Shown: piece after piece, positions 11,801-25,503 of the stretch
Layout of the letters: each line of letters begins with the position of its first letter
Position numbering within the stretch: position 1 is the first letter of the stretch
Assembly (NCBI GenBank): GCA_013265495.1
Contig: MU058233.1
Coordinates: forward strand, 657,038 to 721,037
Length of the DNA stretch: 64,000 nucleotides
Source of the DNA: Vicugna vicugna
Taxonomy: Eukaryota
Direction: 5' to 3'
Notes under the pieces: generated by a model
What the model saw: only the letters and a program-made list of their open reading frames with translations
What the model was told of the DNA's origin: nothing
Databases searched by the model: none
Program-made: the position numbers and the translations under genes

Positions 11801-13168
11801 TTTAAAGTGTGTTGAACAGTGTAATCGTCTTCCTCGAATTTTTTGCAAAAGTTCCCAGGGGCTGGGACAAGAGGAACAAACTCTGAGATCAAGGGCGAAT
11901 TTATCATTTTCTAATCTTCTGCAAGGAAAGGAGATCTTCAAGTGCACCGCCAAGTCAGAGCCGAGACACGCAGACTCGTCTACCCTCAGTCCCTAGCGTC
12001 TCGCTGCCTGGCGCTGTTCACTGCTGTCTGGCTGGGTTGAAGCAGAACTCCTCTCCAGCCTGGGACACGTGCTTATTCTGGCAGCCAGAGGAAATGATGT
12101 TCTCATCCAGTCGAGAACTGTGCACATTTTAGCTAGAAGCAGCATAAAAACCAAGAAATTCCCTCCTTACAAGAAGGAGGGAATTCCCAACTCCTGTCAG
12201 AGAAACAAACTACATGGGTACAGCTGTACCCTTTGACTATCGCAACTAAGTATTTTCTTTTAAATTCTGTAACCGATTGTGAGATGGCAAATGCTTTAAA
12301 ACTGTTAGTTACCAGACAGCCTTTTCTATTGAAGAAAAAAAAAAGCACATGAAAAGTTGAATCCGATTTATGCAAAATAACGTTAATTTCTGGCTTGTAG
12401 AATGGCCTGGGAAATTTTACCCTTTTCATGTGCATTCCTGACTTTCTAGAGGTGGGCCCTACCTGTGTGTAATCACAGCCACTACAAAGGAAGCGCTCGC
12501 TACCAAACGGGACCCTTGGGATTCTATCTCCAAGGGGCTGGTGGGTCCAGGCCAGCTAACCTCTCCTATGCATGGTTCAAATTAACCCATCTTCCAGTTC
12601 GTTTCCAGTCCCCGCCCCTCTCCACCTCACTGCAGAGGCACCTCTGTCCTCTGGAAGGCATGTTTTGCTCAACTGTCAACACAGATCATGACGAGGCCTG
12701 CTTCATACGGCTTGTATGGGGAAAGTGAGGCTACACGGGAAGGGCTCAGGACAGCCGCTGGTGCACGCTGAGCTGAACACCCATCAGCCACTTGCAGCAC
12801 CATGGTCCTCACCATCTCCATCCTCACCACGACACCCACCTCCTGTGTTCTCTCTGACCCTGGTCAACTAAAGTATGCACAGAAGGCACCTGATCAAAGA
12901 CAGTGAGCTGCTGAACACAATTTGACCACCAGTTTAAGGAAAATACGATCAGCAAATTGGGGCAGTTCACTCCCTCCCGGCTCTACAGACGCAGCTTCTT
13001 CACAGAGCACATCTTACTCAACAACCAGAGTCCTCAGGTGTGCCCGAGGCAAACACACACACACAGTCGGAGTCACTTGTGACTTCACAGCGGCTGTGAC
13101 CGCAGGCTGTACTTCCCTGTATTTTCACTTCTAACATGACCGGTAATAGCACTGTAATGGATACTTAC

Positions 13169-13291
13169 ATCTTCAGGTGTTTTATCGTATTTATTCCTTG
13201 GGTTTTTTACAATCAGAGGGTGTGAAGAAAGCACACTGACCACATCTGCATTTCCAAACTTACAAGCAAAGTGCAACGGTGTGTCGTAGCC
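13169..13291 (-). CDS. ANKLE2: ANKLE2 coding exon 6 (ankyrin repeat)
   Basis: AG/GT bounded, 123 nt; [41 protein letters not shown] with ankyrin TPLH motif. Confidence 0.96.
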
Positions 13292-15625
13292 CTGGGAGAG
13301 ATGTAAAGAAAGAACACTTACTTCCTATTTACACTTCTTTTGTTTCATGAAGCCACTTTAAGGTCCGAATATGTATTTAGTAAAACAGTCAAACAAAAAC
13401 CCTTGAAAATAAAGACCATAAAAAGACAGTGTTTTTCTACCTGAAAAATCACTGCCGTGCTGGCACCTCCCCACTTCATGCCAAGGCTTGAGGGCGGCAT
13501 GGCCGTCGTTACTGTGTACCCTTTGCTGGCAGGGAGTTCACAGAAGAGCTGGGGTCTAACACCTGCTCAGCAAATAGTAGCTTTAACAATTCAGGGCCCA
13601 GTACACTGTCTTAAAAATCAGTGCTCAAAAAGCAAAATGAACAGAAGACGGCCACATTCAGGACAAACCAAGACTATGTTTTGGTCTGCACTCAAAACAC
13701 TCTCTCGCAGATAGTATCACAAGTCAGCCACAGAACGTCCAAAACAGAACCCACTCACGGCAGCCCTGCAGTCCACCTGCGGCTACCAGCTCTGACATCC
13801 CTGGCAGGCTGTCCCCTCCTTCCATACGCCACAGCTGCTGTTTCCAGGGCTCCTCGCCAGGTACCAAGACTCCAAGGGACCTTGCTGCCCAGGGTTGCTC
13901 CCAGCTCCAGGACCTCTCCACCTGGTGACCCCGGGGACCTCGTGCAAGCAAACATCCTCAGGTCAGCTCCCGCCACCGGTCCATGCCTCCTTGGGCCACT
14001 GCACCATCTAAGACAACTTCCTGAGCTGAAAAGTCCTGGGTGTTTGCCCTCCCACACCCCCCGCCCTTTGTCCAGGGTCGGCAAGCTTGCAGTTCAAGGG
14101 CCACGTCATACACCTTTGGGACTCTGTGGGCCATCCAGTCTCTGCCCTAATGTTATGACTCTGCCCCCTGCTGCAGCTGCAGACAGTAGAGAGGCTGAGC
14201 ATGGCTGTGTTCCATTCCTGAATCAGGCCCTTCCTGATCACCTTCTACCTGAGACAACTCCAGCTCTGCGGCCCAGGCTCCAGCCAGAGCCCGAGCCTCC
14301 TGCCAGGCCTGCGGAGCCAGGGCCGCTACACATCAGGGCCAGCTGGTTCCACCCGGCATTCAGAGCCTCACAGTGGCCCCCACACTCACACAGCCTTCTG
14401 GCTGCTCCGCACCCTCACGCTGCAAACTGTCCGTCTCTAACCTGCTCCAAGTCCCACCAACGAGACCCCAATCTCCCCTCCTTCGTCCCAGAAACTTCCA
14501 TCCCTATCAGACAGCAAGCTCTGGGCTCTCCGACACTCCCGCTGACCCAGCCCCGCTTCTCACCCACCTCGTAGTCTCTGAGGAGCCCCTGTGCTTTTCT
14601 AAACCACCCAAGAACTTATGGCCAACACTTGAATGGATTCCTGCTTTTGGTGCATTACAGCCAGAGCACGTGACCTGGGACATCTACTTTCCAGACTTTA
14701 CGTGTTCTCGGGGAACTCACGTACGCACGTCCTCAAGGCAAACTGCAAAGATGTTAAGAGACTGTATTTTCTGTCGGGCCCACAGGTCTGTTCGTACCTG
14801 AGAGATTACACCCTCAACTGCACCATCAGACCCCCTGACTTACTGCTTGTTTGTACGGCGTCCAGAGCTCTTCGACTTTGCACCTTCTGTCCTCTTTTAC
14901 AGTCACTGTTGCTTTCATGTGCCACCGCTTTCTCTTTCATGCCTTCTTTTCACTCTGCTAGCTCGGCCAAGTTTATCTCCATTCCCTCTTCCCTCCTGTT
15001 CATTCTCATTTGCTCTCGCCTCTCAGTCTGCAGCTCACCGTGCACATTCAGCACGTATGAGGACACCACTCTAGCCTGCTGCTTCTGCTCCCTCTCCCGC
15101 CAACCACAACTTTTCAAATACCCAAGTTTCGCTCTGAGTTGACAATTCTTGGCTCTCAGATATCAATGGGTTTTCCCAAAACCCTTCTGTTTCAAGAATC
15201 CTTATCTAAACCTTATGTGCCATTAAAAATTACTTCACTGAACATTTTCACCCCACAGGAATATTCCTAACGTCACGCTACATGGAAAAAAGATACGCGT
15301 AGAATACGCCCTTCTCTCTTTAACTTTTGGGCATCTCCCTGCCCTCCCATCAGCTCAGGCACATCTGAACAGGGACCCCGGGGAAGTGTCCAGGGGGCAG
15401 CTCCACCCCAGCTGAGCCCCAGGTGCACCCACCCTGCCAGGCCTGGGGGACCCCTTGGGTGTGAGCAGGTCCCGTCTTCCAGCCAAACCTTCCTAAGCTC
15501 CCTGACCCCAGTGAGCTGAGCTGAGCCAGCGCAGGGACGTGGTAAACAGGCATGTGAACGCTAGGCACCCAGCCCCCTTCTCCAGCCAGGGCCTGGCGGG
15601 GCCTGGCCAGGTGGCGCAGACGCAC

Positions 15626-16157
<532 letters not shown>

Positions 16158-17123
16158 CTACACTGAGAGCGATAAAAACCTTTCCTACAGAAGCTGACGA
16201 CGTCACTGGGAGCAAGAAGTAAGAGGGATGTGCTTCCTGGCCCCCAGCAGTGGCTGTGGCTTGGGAGGGAAGACAGCACACACCCGAGGGCCGCCATCAA
16301 CATCCACAGAGATCTCCCAGGCACACGGAGCCCGCCCGGAAAGGCCCTGAGCCAGGGCTTAGTTACAAAACCTAAGGGTGCACGAAAGCCGTCTGGAGGG
16401 GAAGTGCCACGAACTGTGAAGAGGGAGACCTGTAATGTCTGAAATAGGCCTGGTTTCCATCGGAGGGAACAGTGGAAGAGGACACGGGCCTCTCGACCGT
16501 AGGCCAAATGTCCGCAGGGGGAGGGCACCTCCTCTGGAACGCCGGCCGGCCTGAGAAGCAGGGCAGCTGTGAGCTCCTGGAGAGGCCGAGACTGAGGCTG
16601 GGCTGCCGGGTTGTGCTCGATGCTGACAGCAAAGGCCCCTGACAGGACCCTGGTTCTGAGCTGGGAGTGGCCTGCAGGGGAGCCTGACTACCGCTGAATG
16701 GCCCGGGGCCAAGTCGATGCCGTGGTCCTAGAGGGAGGTGTAGCCCCTGGGGTGGATGGGGCAGACAGGTCTCAGCATCTGAAAAGGCCCTGAGTCCAAC
16801 AGGTGGCGAGCATGACCAACGGACGGAGCAGGAGGGGACGAAGGAGGAGGGGACCCAGGTCCTCAGCAGCTTCAGGGCCTGCAGGAGCCACCACCCACAC
16901 GGCCCCCAGCCCTGTTGCCTCTGCCCAGCCCAGCAGACAGATCCATCCTCTTCCAGCTGTTCCACAGCCTGGGCTCCGCGCTCTACTCCCAGCAAAGTGG
17001 ACTCCCCTCGCAGGTGGAGAAAACTAGTTACCGGGAAACAGGGCACAGAAAACGGGGCGGGGGGCCAGCGAGGGGGAGTAAACCTGACAGTTACGCCACG
17101 ACAGGAAGTGCTGAGCGACCCAC

Positions 17124-17330
17124 CTCTCAAGCCTCCATCGCTAAGGAGTGGCACTGTCCTCACAGGAGGAGGTGGCAAAGAGGCTTTACGTGGTGAAGGG
17201 GAGCAGTCGCAAACTCCTCTAGCAAACTTCTCAGCATCTTCTCTGCTCGTGAAAGCTTTGAATCGGGACCCTTTCATCATCTTGACAGCTTGCAAGGCTT
17301 CCTTTTTATCTTCATAAACATGGATCCTTT
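17124..17330 (-). CDS. ANKLE2: ANKLE2 coding exon 3
   Basis: AG/GT bounded, 207 nt; [39 protein letters not shown]. Confidence 0.95.
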
Positions 17331-17689
17331 CTGTGCAGGAAAAGTGACAAGGGAAATCAGAGGTAACTAACTGGAGCCACTGTTACTGAATTCACACCTG
17401 AAGCCCTGGGTCTGATAACTAACAATTGTTACCCAGTTGTCTGACTTTTCTCCCATTAATATTTCATATTTTTAGTCTTGAAGAAAAAAGGCTTCAGGTA
17501 GCCAAAAGAACACATCATATGTATGTGCACAGATATATATGATACATACTTTATACCTACACATGTGGTTTTTATATCCAAGGGTATCATTCCATACTAA
17601 AAAGTTAAATTCATGGGCTAATAATCTAAATAAAAATAATTTTAAAGCAAGCTAAAAACTATATTAGTAAAGAATGTAAGAGAATTTTA

Positions 17690-18110
17690 AACATAATTTG
17701 GATGGGGAATGCCTTTCTAAGCATGCCAAGAAACCCAGCCGCATAAAGAAAAAGAAAGCTCCAATTACATAAAAATATTAAAGCTCTGCAGGGAAGCCGT
17801 CACAGTCGAGCTCTGCATGCGACTCAAACACACACGACACAAATGACAGACGGGAACACACTCTTAACCCGACACAGCAGAAGACAGACGATGTCAATGG
17901 CCAATAAAAACAGTCAACAGACATGGCCAAGCAATCCGCCAAAGAAATACAGACAGACTGCAGCCACATAAAAACGATAACCAACAACAAAGAACAGGTG
18001 TTGGGGAGGACGTGGGGGACAGGGAGCCTCATGCACTGCTGGTGGGAAGGTAAACTGGTGCAGAGTATGGCAGGTCCTCAGAAGGTTACAAACAGAACCA
18101 CCACACAATC
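17690..18110 (+). mobile_element. Old, degraded LINE-1 fragment
   Basis: Residual ORF2-like motifs (ctttctaagcatg, acatggccaa, ctcatgcactgctggtgggaaggtaaactggtgca); edges approximate. Confidence 0.6.
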
Positions 18111-18283
18111 CAGAGTAAGGGCTGGGTGGGAGAAAGAAGCTTTACTTCTACTTTGTAGGTTGCGTCTATAATACACACGTGTACTTTCTTCTTACTAAAA
18201 GCAACTTCAACCTAATCAACATCAAACTTTCACTAAATCTTTCCAATGCTCTCTCTTTTAGTCCTGCTGAAAGTGACAATGCT

Positions 18284-18422
18284 GGTGGGAGGGTACAGCT
18301 CAGTAGTAGAGTGGGTGCCTAGCACGCACAAGGTCCTGGGTTCAATCCCCAGAACCTACATTAAAGATAAATAAATAAACAAATAAACCTAATTACCTCC
18401 TCCCAGCAAAACAAACAAAAAA
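18284..18422 (+). mobile_element. tRNA-Ala-derived SINE (Vic-1-like)
   Basis: A-box-like cagctcagtag, B-box ggttcaatcc, acctaattacctcc tail. Confidence 0.9.
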
Positions 18423-18831
18423 CACTTAAGTCTTATACTTCAGGCAGGAGAAAAAAACAAAATGACAATTCTTTGATGCTGAAAGTTACATCTTCACTGA
18501 CCACGTGCATTCATTAACATACAAGGTGGTCAGGTTGAATTAAAAAAAGGGAGAGAGACGGTTAACCAACAAATGGCAGCTGGTCAATAGATCTTCGTAA
18601 GAGAAGTCTATCTCCTAGAATCCAATTTTCTTAATTTCTGAAAATTCCTACATAGCTCGACAAAAAACTCAGGTGAGTTCTATAGAAAAATGCTAACAGT
18701 GGTTACTGTGGAGTGGGGAGATGATGCTGGTTTGATTCTTTCTTCTCCTCTGCTGTCTATCATTTTCAAAATCACTTTTCCCCGCTGTCCACGCACCGCC
18801 CATGTAGGAGACCAGCCACCTGCCACCTTAC

Positions 18832-19302
18832 CATTTCTCACTGGGGCGTCCTCGTAGGCCGGACACACCCCATAGTACACAGGCGGCTCTGCGGAGGCTC
18901 TTGGTGTGGCTCTGTGGCTGTTGGCCCCAGTTGAGGCACCAAAAGACACTGAGCAGGTCTTAGACGCCACAGCATCTTCCTCTGGAGGATTCAGGCCCAC
19001 ACCATAACCAAAATCTCTGTCTTCAGAAAAGCCAACTGGCTCAGCCGGGCTCCCTCCTGCAGACTGCACAGGCCTCTGTGTCTTGTGGCCAAGAGCTGGG
19101 GCATCTGCGGCACCCTGGTCAGGAGAGTGTGAAGGCAGTGAACTGTGCTCTGATAAAGCCCGAGCCAATTTCTTCTCCAAAATGAACCTGGTGGTTGATG
19201 TAATGGGTCCACATTTCAACCCGGCTTTGACCATTTCTTCTCTAAGGTCATCTGAATTCAGGAGTTTCAGTCGCGCCAAGATGGTATCCATCGTCATTTC
19301 AC
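18832..19302 (-). CDS. ANKLE2: ANKLE2 coding exon 2 (LEM domain)
   Basis: AG/GT bounded, 471 nt; [35 protein letters not shown] matches the LEM motif. Confidence 0.96.
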
Positions 19303-19354
19303 CTAGACCCAAGACGACAAAAGTCAATCGATGGCTCTAAGTACATCTTCCCTT

Positions 19355-19981
19355 ACACGAATTCAGCAAAGTTGCAGATACAAGAATAGTATACAGAAAT
19401 CTGTTGCTTTTTTATACGCTAATAATGAACTATCAGAAAGAGAAAGTAAAAAAACAAACCCCATTTAAAATCACATTAAAAAAGAATAAAGTACCTAGGA
19501 ACACATTTAAGCAAGGAGATGAAGACCTGAACAGACATTCTCCCAAAGAAGACACACAGATGGCCAACAGGCACATGACGATGCGCAACATCGCTACTCA
19601 GGAAAACGCAAATCAAAAAATGAGCTATCACCTCACACCTCTCAGAATGGCTATCATCAAAAAGTCACAAATAGCAAATGTTGGCGAGGATGTGGAGAAA
19701 AAAAAAAGAGTACCCTCTTACACCGTTGGTGGGAATGTAAACTGGTGCAGCTCCTGTGGAAAACAGTATGGAGGTTCCTCAAAAAATTAAAAATATAACT
19801 CCATATGATCCAGGAATTCCACTCTTGGGTGTGTATGTGTGTGTGTATATATATATATTGAAAACGAAAACATTAATTTGAAAAAAATATATGCGCCCAA
19901 TGTTCATAAAAGCATTACTTACAATTGCCAAGATATGGAAGCAACTTGTCCATCAAAAGATGATTGGATAAAGAAGATGTG

Positions 19982-20020
<39 letters not shown>

Positions 20021-20462
20021 AGAATACTATTCAGCTATAAAAAAGAATGAAATTTTGCCATTTGCAACAACATGGATGGACTTAGAGGGTATCATGTTTA
20101 CTGAAATAAGTCAGATGGACAAAGACAAATACTGTATGTTATCACTTATATGTGGAACCGAAAAAAAAACAACAAACCAGTGAATACAACAAAAAAGAAA
20201 GAGACTCACAGATAGAACTAGTGGTTACTAGAGAGGAAAAGAGAAGGGGGAGAGCAAAGCAGGTGAAGAGGATTAAAAGATATAACTACTACGTAAAAAA
20301 TAGAGAAGCAACAGGGATATATTGTACAGCACAGGGAATTACAGCCACTTTCTTGTAATAATTTTTAATGGAGTATAATCTGCAAAAATACTGAATCACT
20401 ATGCTGTACACCTGAAACTAGTATGATATTGTAAATCAACCATACTTCAATTAAAAAACAAA
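19355..20462 (+). mobile_element. LINE-1 3' fragment with internal deletion, containing an (AC)n microsatellite at about 19984-20019
   Basis: ORF2-like peptides (KEDTQMANRH, EYYSAIKKNEILPFATTWMDLEGIM); ends tacttcaattaaaaaa. Confidence 0.92.
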
Positions 20463-21299
20463 GTGGCAAAAAGCTGGCTTCAGAGTTTCATTTCAATGCA
20501 GTATTTATCCATATTCTTTGGAGTTTATGAGTTTTCTGAGAATTTTCGTAAGTTTTTTTGTTTCCAAATTTGTAACCATCTAAACAAAATTGAGAGGCTG
20601 TTTCTGGTTCACTTGGATGAGAATCTTAAAAGCGCATTGCTTCTATGTGACCTAGTCACAACGACACTCCAGGCAGGCAAGTACACTGGGAAACAGGGCA
20701 CCCATCTGGGGCCACTTGGAGTATAATCTGGAACAGATCCCCAGGAATATCCGTCAAAACTCCAACTGCAGAAGTTTATCTTGCAGATATATTTGCACCT
20801 TATTCTGTAAGTGATGAGAAAGTGTGTAAAGATTTAAACGGCGGAGCCACACAGATAGCTCCAGCAGTCGTATGCATATACTGGTAACAAAGAGCTACTG
20901 TTCAATGAATGCCTGGGTCTGTCCTAAAACCCTCTGCATGCACTAAATTATTTAAAATTCACAGTAACTCCACGTGGAGGTATCGCCATTGCTCACCCCC
21001 GCCCCACCTCCTGCTTTACGGATGGAGATTCTTAATCAGAGAAGCTAAGTAACTGGTTCAAGTTACACAGCCCCCAAGCAAGTGGATGGGCGCTGGGGCT
21101 GGGGCTCAATCAATGTACCAGGAGAAAGAGCAGTTAAATCTATGGCGTTCAGGTGTAAGCATGGTCAGCAGGAACCAGGGAGAAGGAAAGCAGCAAAAGG
21201 GCTAGATACGAAGTCTCAGAGGAGAGAAACAAGATGTTTTAACCACAGACAGAATAGATGCCTTGGGGAGGGGCCTGGGGGACTGGAGCCCGAAGACAG

Positions 21300-21700
21300 T
21301 AACACCTTAGTCTTCAGCCTGGATGCCTAGGGAGTGATTCCACCCGAGGCAGAGACTACAAGACAGAGAACAGATGGAGATTTAGGCTCTGAGCATTAGA
21401 CACACCTAACCACACATCCAGTGGGCACTCTGATGTTCAAGTGTGAGATTTAGAAGACAAGAAGCTTAGAGTGGGAAAAACAGACTGGGAGTTACAAGCA
21501 CACAGGTAGAGCTCACCACTCCGAGAGACTAAAGGCAGGGGTAACAAGAAACACACAAAAAGACAGTGAGCTGAAATGGAATCTGAGTCACAACAAAGAT
21601 TAAGGAGGTCAAAAAGACAAGAAACTCAAAGAGATGATCAGGAAAGAATTGGATGTATTAAAACATCGTTGAAACTGGAGGACAGGGTTTTTAAGATGGG
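21300..21700. mobile_element. Probable L2 remnant
   Basis: Purine-rich degenerate motifs resembling L2 (acatccagtggg...gactgggagttacaagcacacaggta); recognised from memory only. Confidence 0.4.
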
Positions 21701-21719
21701 TTTACGGGTGAAATGACAA

Positions 21720-22060
21720 GGTTGGTGGGGCTGGCTTTAAATTACTCCAGGGGTCTACTGACCACAGGATCCCACCCAGGGAGAGCCCCAAAGGGGAGTT
21801 TCGGAACACCCAGGTAGAAGGGCAGCAGAGGTGACAAGGAACTGATATAAAAGGTATAGGACAGATCAAAGCCACATGCAAGGCGAAATTTGACAGGTGG
21901 GGGTGACTGGGGCGGATGCTATGAATAAGCAGAGGAGCCCCACCCAATCCAGACAATGTTCCCTTTTGCATACCATCTCTGCATCCTCACTCTAAAGCTA
22001 CCTTTTTAATGTAGACTAGTTTGAAGGGGGTTTTGTCCTCACAACCAGGCAAGCCCTCAA
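21720..22060. mobile_element. Probable MaLR (MLT1-like) LTR remnant
   Basis: 3' end ...ctagtttgaagggg ttttgtcctcacaacc...ccctcaaca resembles MLT1 termini; recognised from memory only. Confidence 0.35.
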
Positions 22061-22074
22061 CAGAATTCTCAGGT

Positions 22075-22200
22075 CACTAACGGTGTGACCTTGAGCAAGC
22101 TTTGTGAACTCTAAGCCCCGGCTTCCTCAGCTATAAAATGGACTAATAACATCTCTACCTCTTAGGCTGTAATGAGGATTAGCTAAAATAATGCCTGTGT
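22075..22200 (+). mobile_element. MIR SINE core
   Basis: gtgtgaccttgagcaag...cttcctcagctataaaatggactaataacatctctacctc...gaggattag. Confidence 0.8.
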
Positions 22201-22869
22201 CTGACACTGACAGATTATCAAGTGTCAGTTACAGCTCTGAAGGTATCAAGTAAATACTCACTGAACTTGCAAAATACATAGTAGGCTAGAAAGATAATCT
22301 GAATAAAAACAAACATGTACCCTGCGTCACTAACATTCTTAACATAATACACTTAGTATAATTATAATAATAACATTCTTATGAACTTATTTAATAAGTG
22401 TCTAATCATGTGTGCAAAAGAAACAAAGGATAAGATGGAAACAAGAGACTGGTCCGCTTTTGGGAGGGTGTGAGCTGGAGAGCAGCGCAGGGAGGCGGAG
22501 AGCAGCACTTCCGAAGGTGACCTGGTTTGTTCTGACTTAGAAACAGGTTTGTGATTCACACGCACAAAAAGTACGATGGGGGGAGACCTCCGAGTGGAAT
22601 ACAAACCAAAGCAAATGAGCTCGACTGTAGGAAGGCAGTGACTGAAAAGCAGTGACATGTAACCATGGTCTCTCAGTAAAGACAGAGGAGGGAACACAAA
22701 CATACTCGAATGGGCAGGTGGGTTTCTCCGGTGTTGCAGGTTAGTTACTCTGAAGCTATTTTATGTGTGGTCTAGAACTCGGCAAATCACCGGGTATATC
22801 ACACCTAACGAGGGCCAGGCTCCTCACTGTCAGGGGTGCGTTACAAATGAAGAGAGGGAGGAGGTTACA

Positions 22870-23035
22870 AGAGGTCTCAGCAAACTTCCGTAAAGAGTCA
22901 GGGAGTAGATTCTGAGGCTCTATGAGACGAAGTCCCCTCAAACATCGAGAACAACCACAGAGGAAAGACTGTGACTGTGTTCCACACCCAGGTGGGTGCC
23001 GGATGTGGCATGCGGGCCATCACTTGCCCACTCGA
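22870..23035. mobile_element. MER58-like hAT DNA transposon remnant
   Basis: cagcaaacttccgtaaagagtcag ... gactgtgttcca ... gccggatgtggcatgcgggccatcacttgccc with degenerate terminal inverted repeats. Confidence 0.6.
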
Positions 23036-23224
23036 GCTAGAATTAGAAGTATCTGCAAGACCTCCATCGACTGATTGATAGAAACATCAAGATACAGGTA
23101 TAAGAAATTGAGGCAGGTCTGCAGATGGGATAATGTGTCTTTCCCACTTGTTGTGGGGAAGATTATCAAAGACACTAACATTGGGGAATCGAAGTGGATG
23201 GTAGACAGGATTCCTTTAACTCTT

Positions 23225-23900
23225 CATTTTGAAGTAACTATAAACAAAAGTTGAAAAATAGTACACAGAGGTCCTGTGGACCCATCACCTGGCTTCCCTC
23301 AATGGTGACATCTTAAACACTGAAAGGCATCATCCAAACCAGGCAACTGACACTGGCACCGCACAGTGAACTAGATCGCAGGCCTCACCAGGACCCACAG
23401 CCACTCTTCTCTTGTGTAAGAGTTTGTATGTCATTCCGTGATTGGTCATCACACGTACCTGAATAGTCACTGAACTGTGTCATCACCACGGAGCTCTCCC
23501 TCTGGCTGCCCCTCTGCTGTCTCGCCCAACCTCCTCCGCTGTCCTCTCCCCTTGGCAACCACTAATTTGTCCTCTATGGTTGTAATATTTTCAACTCAAG
23601 AATGTTATATACATGGAATTATACACTACAGACTTTTTGGCAATTGCGGATAAAGTTAGAAACATTCAGATATGGGTTTCTGCCTAAGTGTTCTTTCCTC
23701 CAGGGTGAATGCCCAAGACTGCAGTACAGGCTCAATTTCTTGAGAAACTGCCAGTCTGAGCTCAGAGTAGCTGCACCTTTAAAATTTCCACCAGCAGTAA
23801 ATTAGACCCACTTTCTCAGCACTTCCACCAGCATCTCCTAACATCTCCATTTTTTATTATAGCCACTCTCATAGGTGTGTAGTGATATCTCGTTGTAGGG
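23225..23900 (-). mobile_element. Old LINE-1 (L1M-type) 3' fragment
   Basis: Antisense L1 motifs (cccttggcaaccactaatttg, tttccaccagcagt, ttatagccactctcataggtgtgtagtgatatctc). Confidence 0.7.
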
Positions 23901-23966
23901 TGTTTTTTTTGGGTATATATATATTTTACCAAAGTATAGTCGTGAACTTACATCATTGTAGTTTAA

Positions 23967-24105
23967 TTCAAAATAAATTTAATTTTTTTGAGGGAGGAGG
24001 TAGTTAGATTTACTTATTTATTTTCAGAGGAGGTGCTGGGGGTTGAACCTAGGACCTCCTGCATGCTAACCACGTGCTCTACCGCTTGAGCTACGCCCTC
24101 CCCTG
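23967..24105 (-). mobile_element. tRNA-Ala-derived SINE (Vic-1-like)
   Basis: Reverse-complement copy; target-site duplication ca(t/c)tgtagtttaa at 23954-23966 and 24108-24120. Confidence 0.88.
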
Positions 24106-24994
24106 CTCACTGTAGTTTAACTTTGTTGAACATCTTTTCATATGTGTTTATCTGTACTACTTTTGCAACTGCTCCTAAGTCTAAAATGATTTAAAAATAA
24201 AAGTTAAAAATTAAAAAAAATTTAGTCTAAAAAAAACCACTCCAAACTCGCTAATGGCCACATCCGTCCTTTATCCTTAATTTTTTGTCTCGGGCACAGT
24301 GCTGGCAATGTAACTGAACAAATCAGCGTGCTTGTGACAAAGGTGCCACCTAAAGTTTTCCTAAGGGGATGAGAAGGTAAAACAGTCAGCAGCTGGACAG
24401 GATGGAGGTCAAGCCGGCCCTCGTGTCAACGGGCCTGCTCCCCGCCTGGCTTCTGCCTCGGACCTGTGTTCTCTCTACCGGAGCGGGACCTTCCGGGGCC
24501 AGTTCCCTCAGCTGTTTAAAAAAAAAAAAGAATCGCTTAACCCTGAAGGTGCCAAGGGGGGTCATTAACTGTGCTTTCCGCTAATAAAACTCCACCTTCC
24601 TAGCAGAAAGGACTTGAGGAACTCTTGCTTATCCCCCAGGAAGAAACCAGACTTGCGGGCAAGGGGGTGAGCGGAAAGCGCACCGGGGCAGGTCCGGGAT
24701 GCCGCAGGGCGCGCACGGCCTTTGCGGTCAAGTCAGGGATCCAGACTCACAGGCCGGCAACGGACAGGCAGTCGAGCGTGCAGCCTCACAGCTTTTCCAC
24801 CGACTTACGGGGAGGACTGCGGAGCTTCACTCCACGCCTCTTCCACAGCCAGACTTGGGCCGGGTGCAGGCTCCGAGCCCGGGAGGGGAGCCGGGGAGGG
24901 AGCCCGGGCGCCCAGCCCCGGAGGCAGGTCCGGGGAGGAGGGGAGGAGGATCCGGCCCGGGAGGGGCGCGCGCCCACGGGCGGGCCGGCCGTAC

Positions 24995-25181
24995 CTGGAT
25001 CGGGGGCTGGGCCTGCGGCCGCGCGGGGCGGCGTGGCCGGGGGCCCGCTCTGGCCCAGGCCCCGAGGCCGCGTGTCCAGCCGCCGCACCAGCCAGCGCAC
25101 CGCGATCAGCAGCACCGAAGCTCCCAGCAGCTCCCAGGCCAGCGCCGCCCACTCGGCCGCCGCCAGCCGCGGCCACAGCAT
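24995..25181 (-). CDS. ANKLE2: ANKLE2 coding exon 1 (N-terminal transmembrane segment)
   Basis: gcggcgATG at 25181; [35 protein letters not shown]...APDP G|gtacgg; phase joins exon 2. Confidence 0.94.
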
Positions 25182-25503
25182 CGCCGCCTCTCGCCCAGTT
25201 GCCGCCGCCGCCGTCTCCGAGGCCCGCCCGCCGAGGACCCCGCGTGCCGAGCTGCCCGTGCCACTGCCTGACGGAGCTGCGTCGGGGAGCGGCCGCCGCG
25301 GGGCCGGGCCTGCATGCACGAGACAGGGCGTTCTCCCCCGCGCCCGGCGGCCTGACGACGGAGCGCAGCCGCGGCCCCAGCTCCTGCAGACGCAGGGCGG
25401 GCGAGCGCGTTATCGGGCAGTGGGGCGGACAGCCCGGCAGGGAGGGTCCTGACGCGAGCGGGCGGCGCCGGCAGGTCCCGAGGCCCCGTAGTGTGGCGCC
25501 GGC

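Noticed and set aside
10660..11953. Cluster of short ORFs resembling a reverse-transcriptase-associated system
   Set aside because: Frameshifted fragments of LINE-1 ORF2 and 3' UTR, not an intact gene.
13621..14574. 317-aa plus-strand ORF within an ANKLE2 intron
   Set aside because: Pro/Ser/Leu-rich low-information translation with a non-ATG start; the region looks like decayed repeat, and stop-poor frames are expected at this GC content.
14860..15140. Purine-rich minus-strand stretch that reads like a charged helical exon
   Set aside because: Interrupted by an in-frame stop, no convincing splice pair, and the ANKLE2 frame is complete without it.
16372..17123. ANKLE2 exon 3 frame stays open about 750 nt into intron 3
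   Set aside because: Canonical donor at 17123 joins exon 4 in frame; the extension has no domain-like character.
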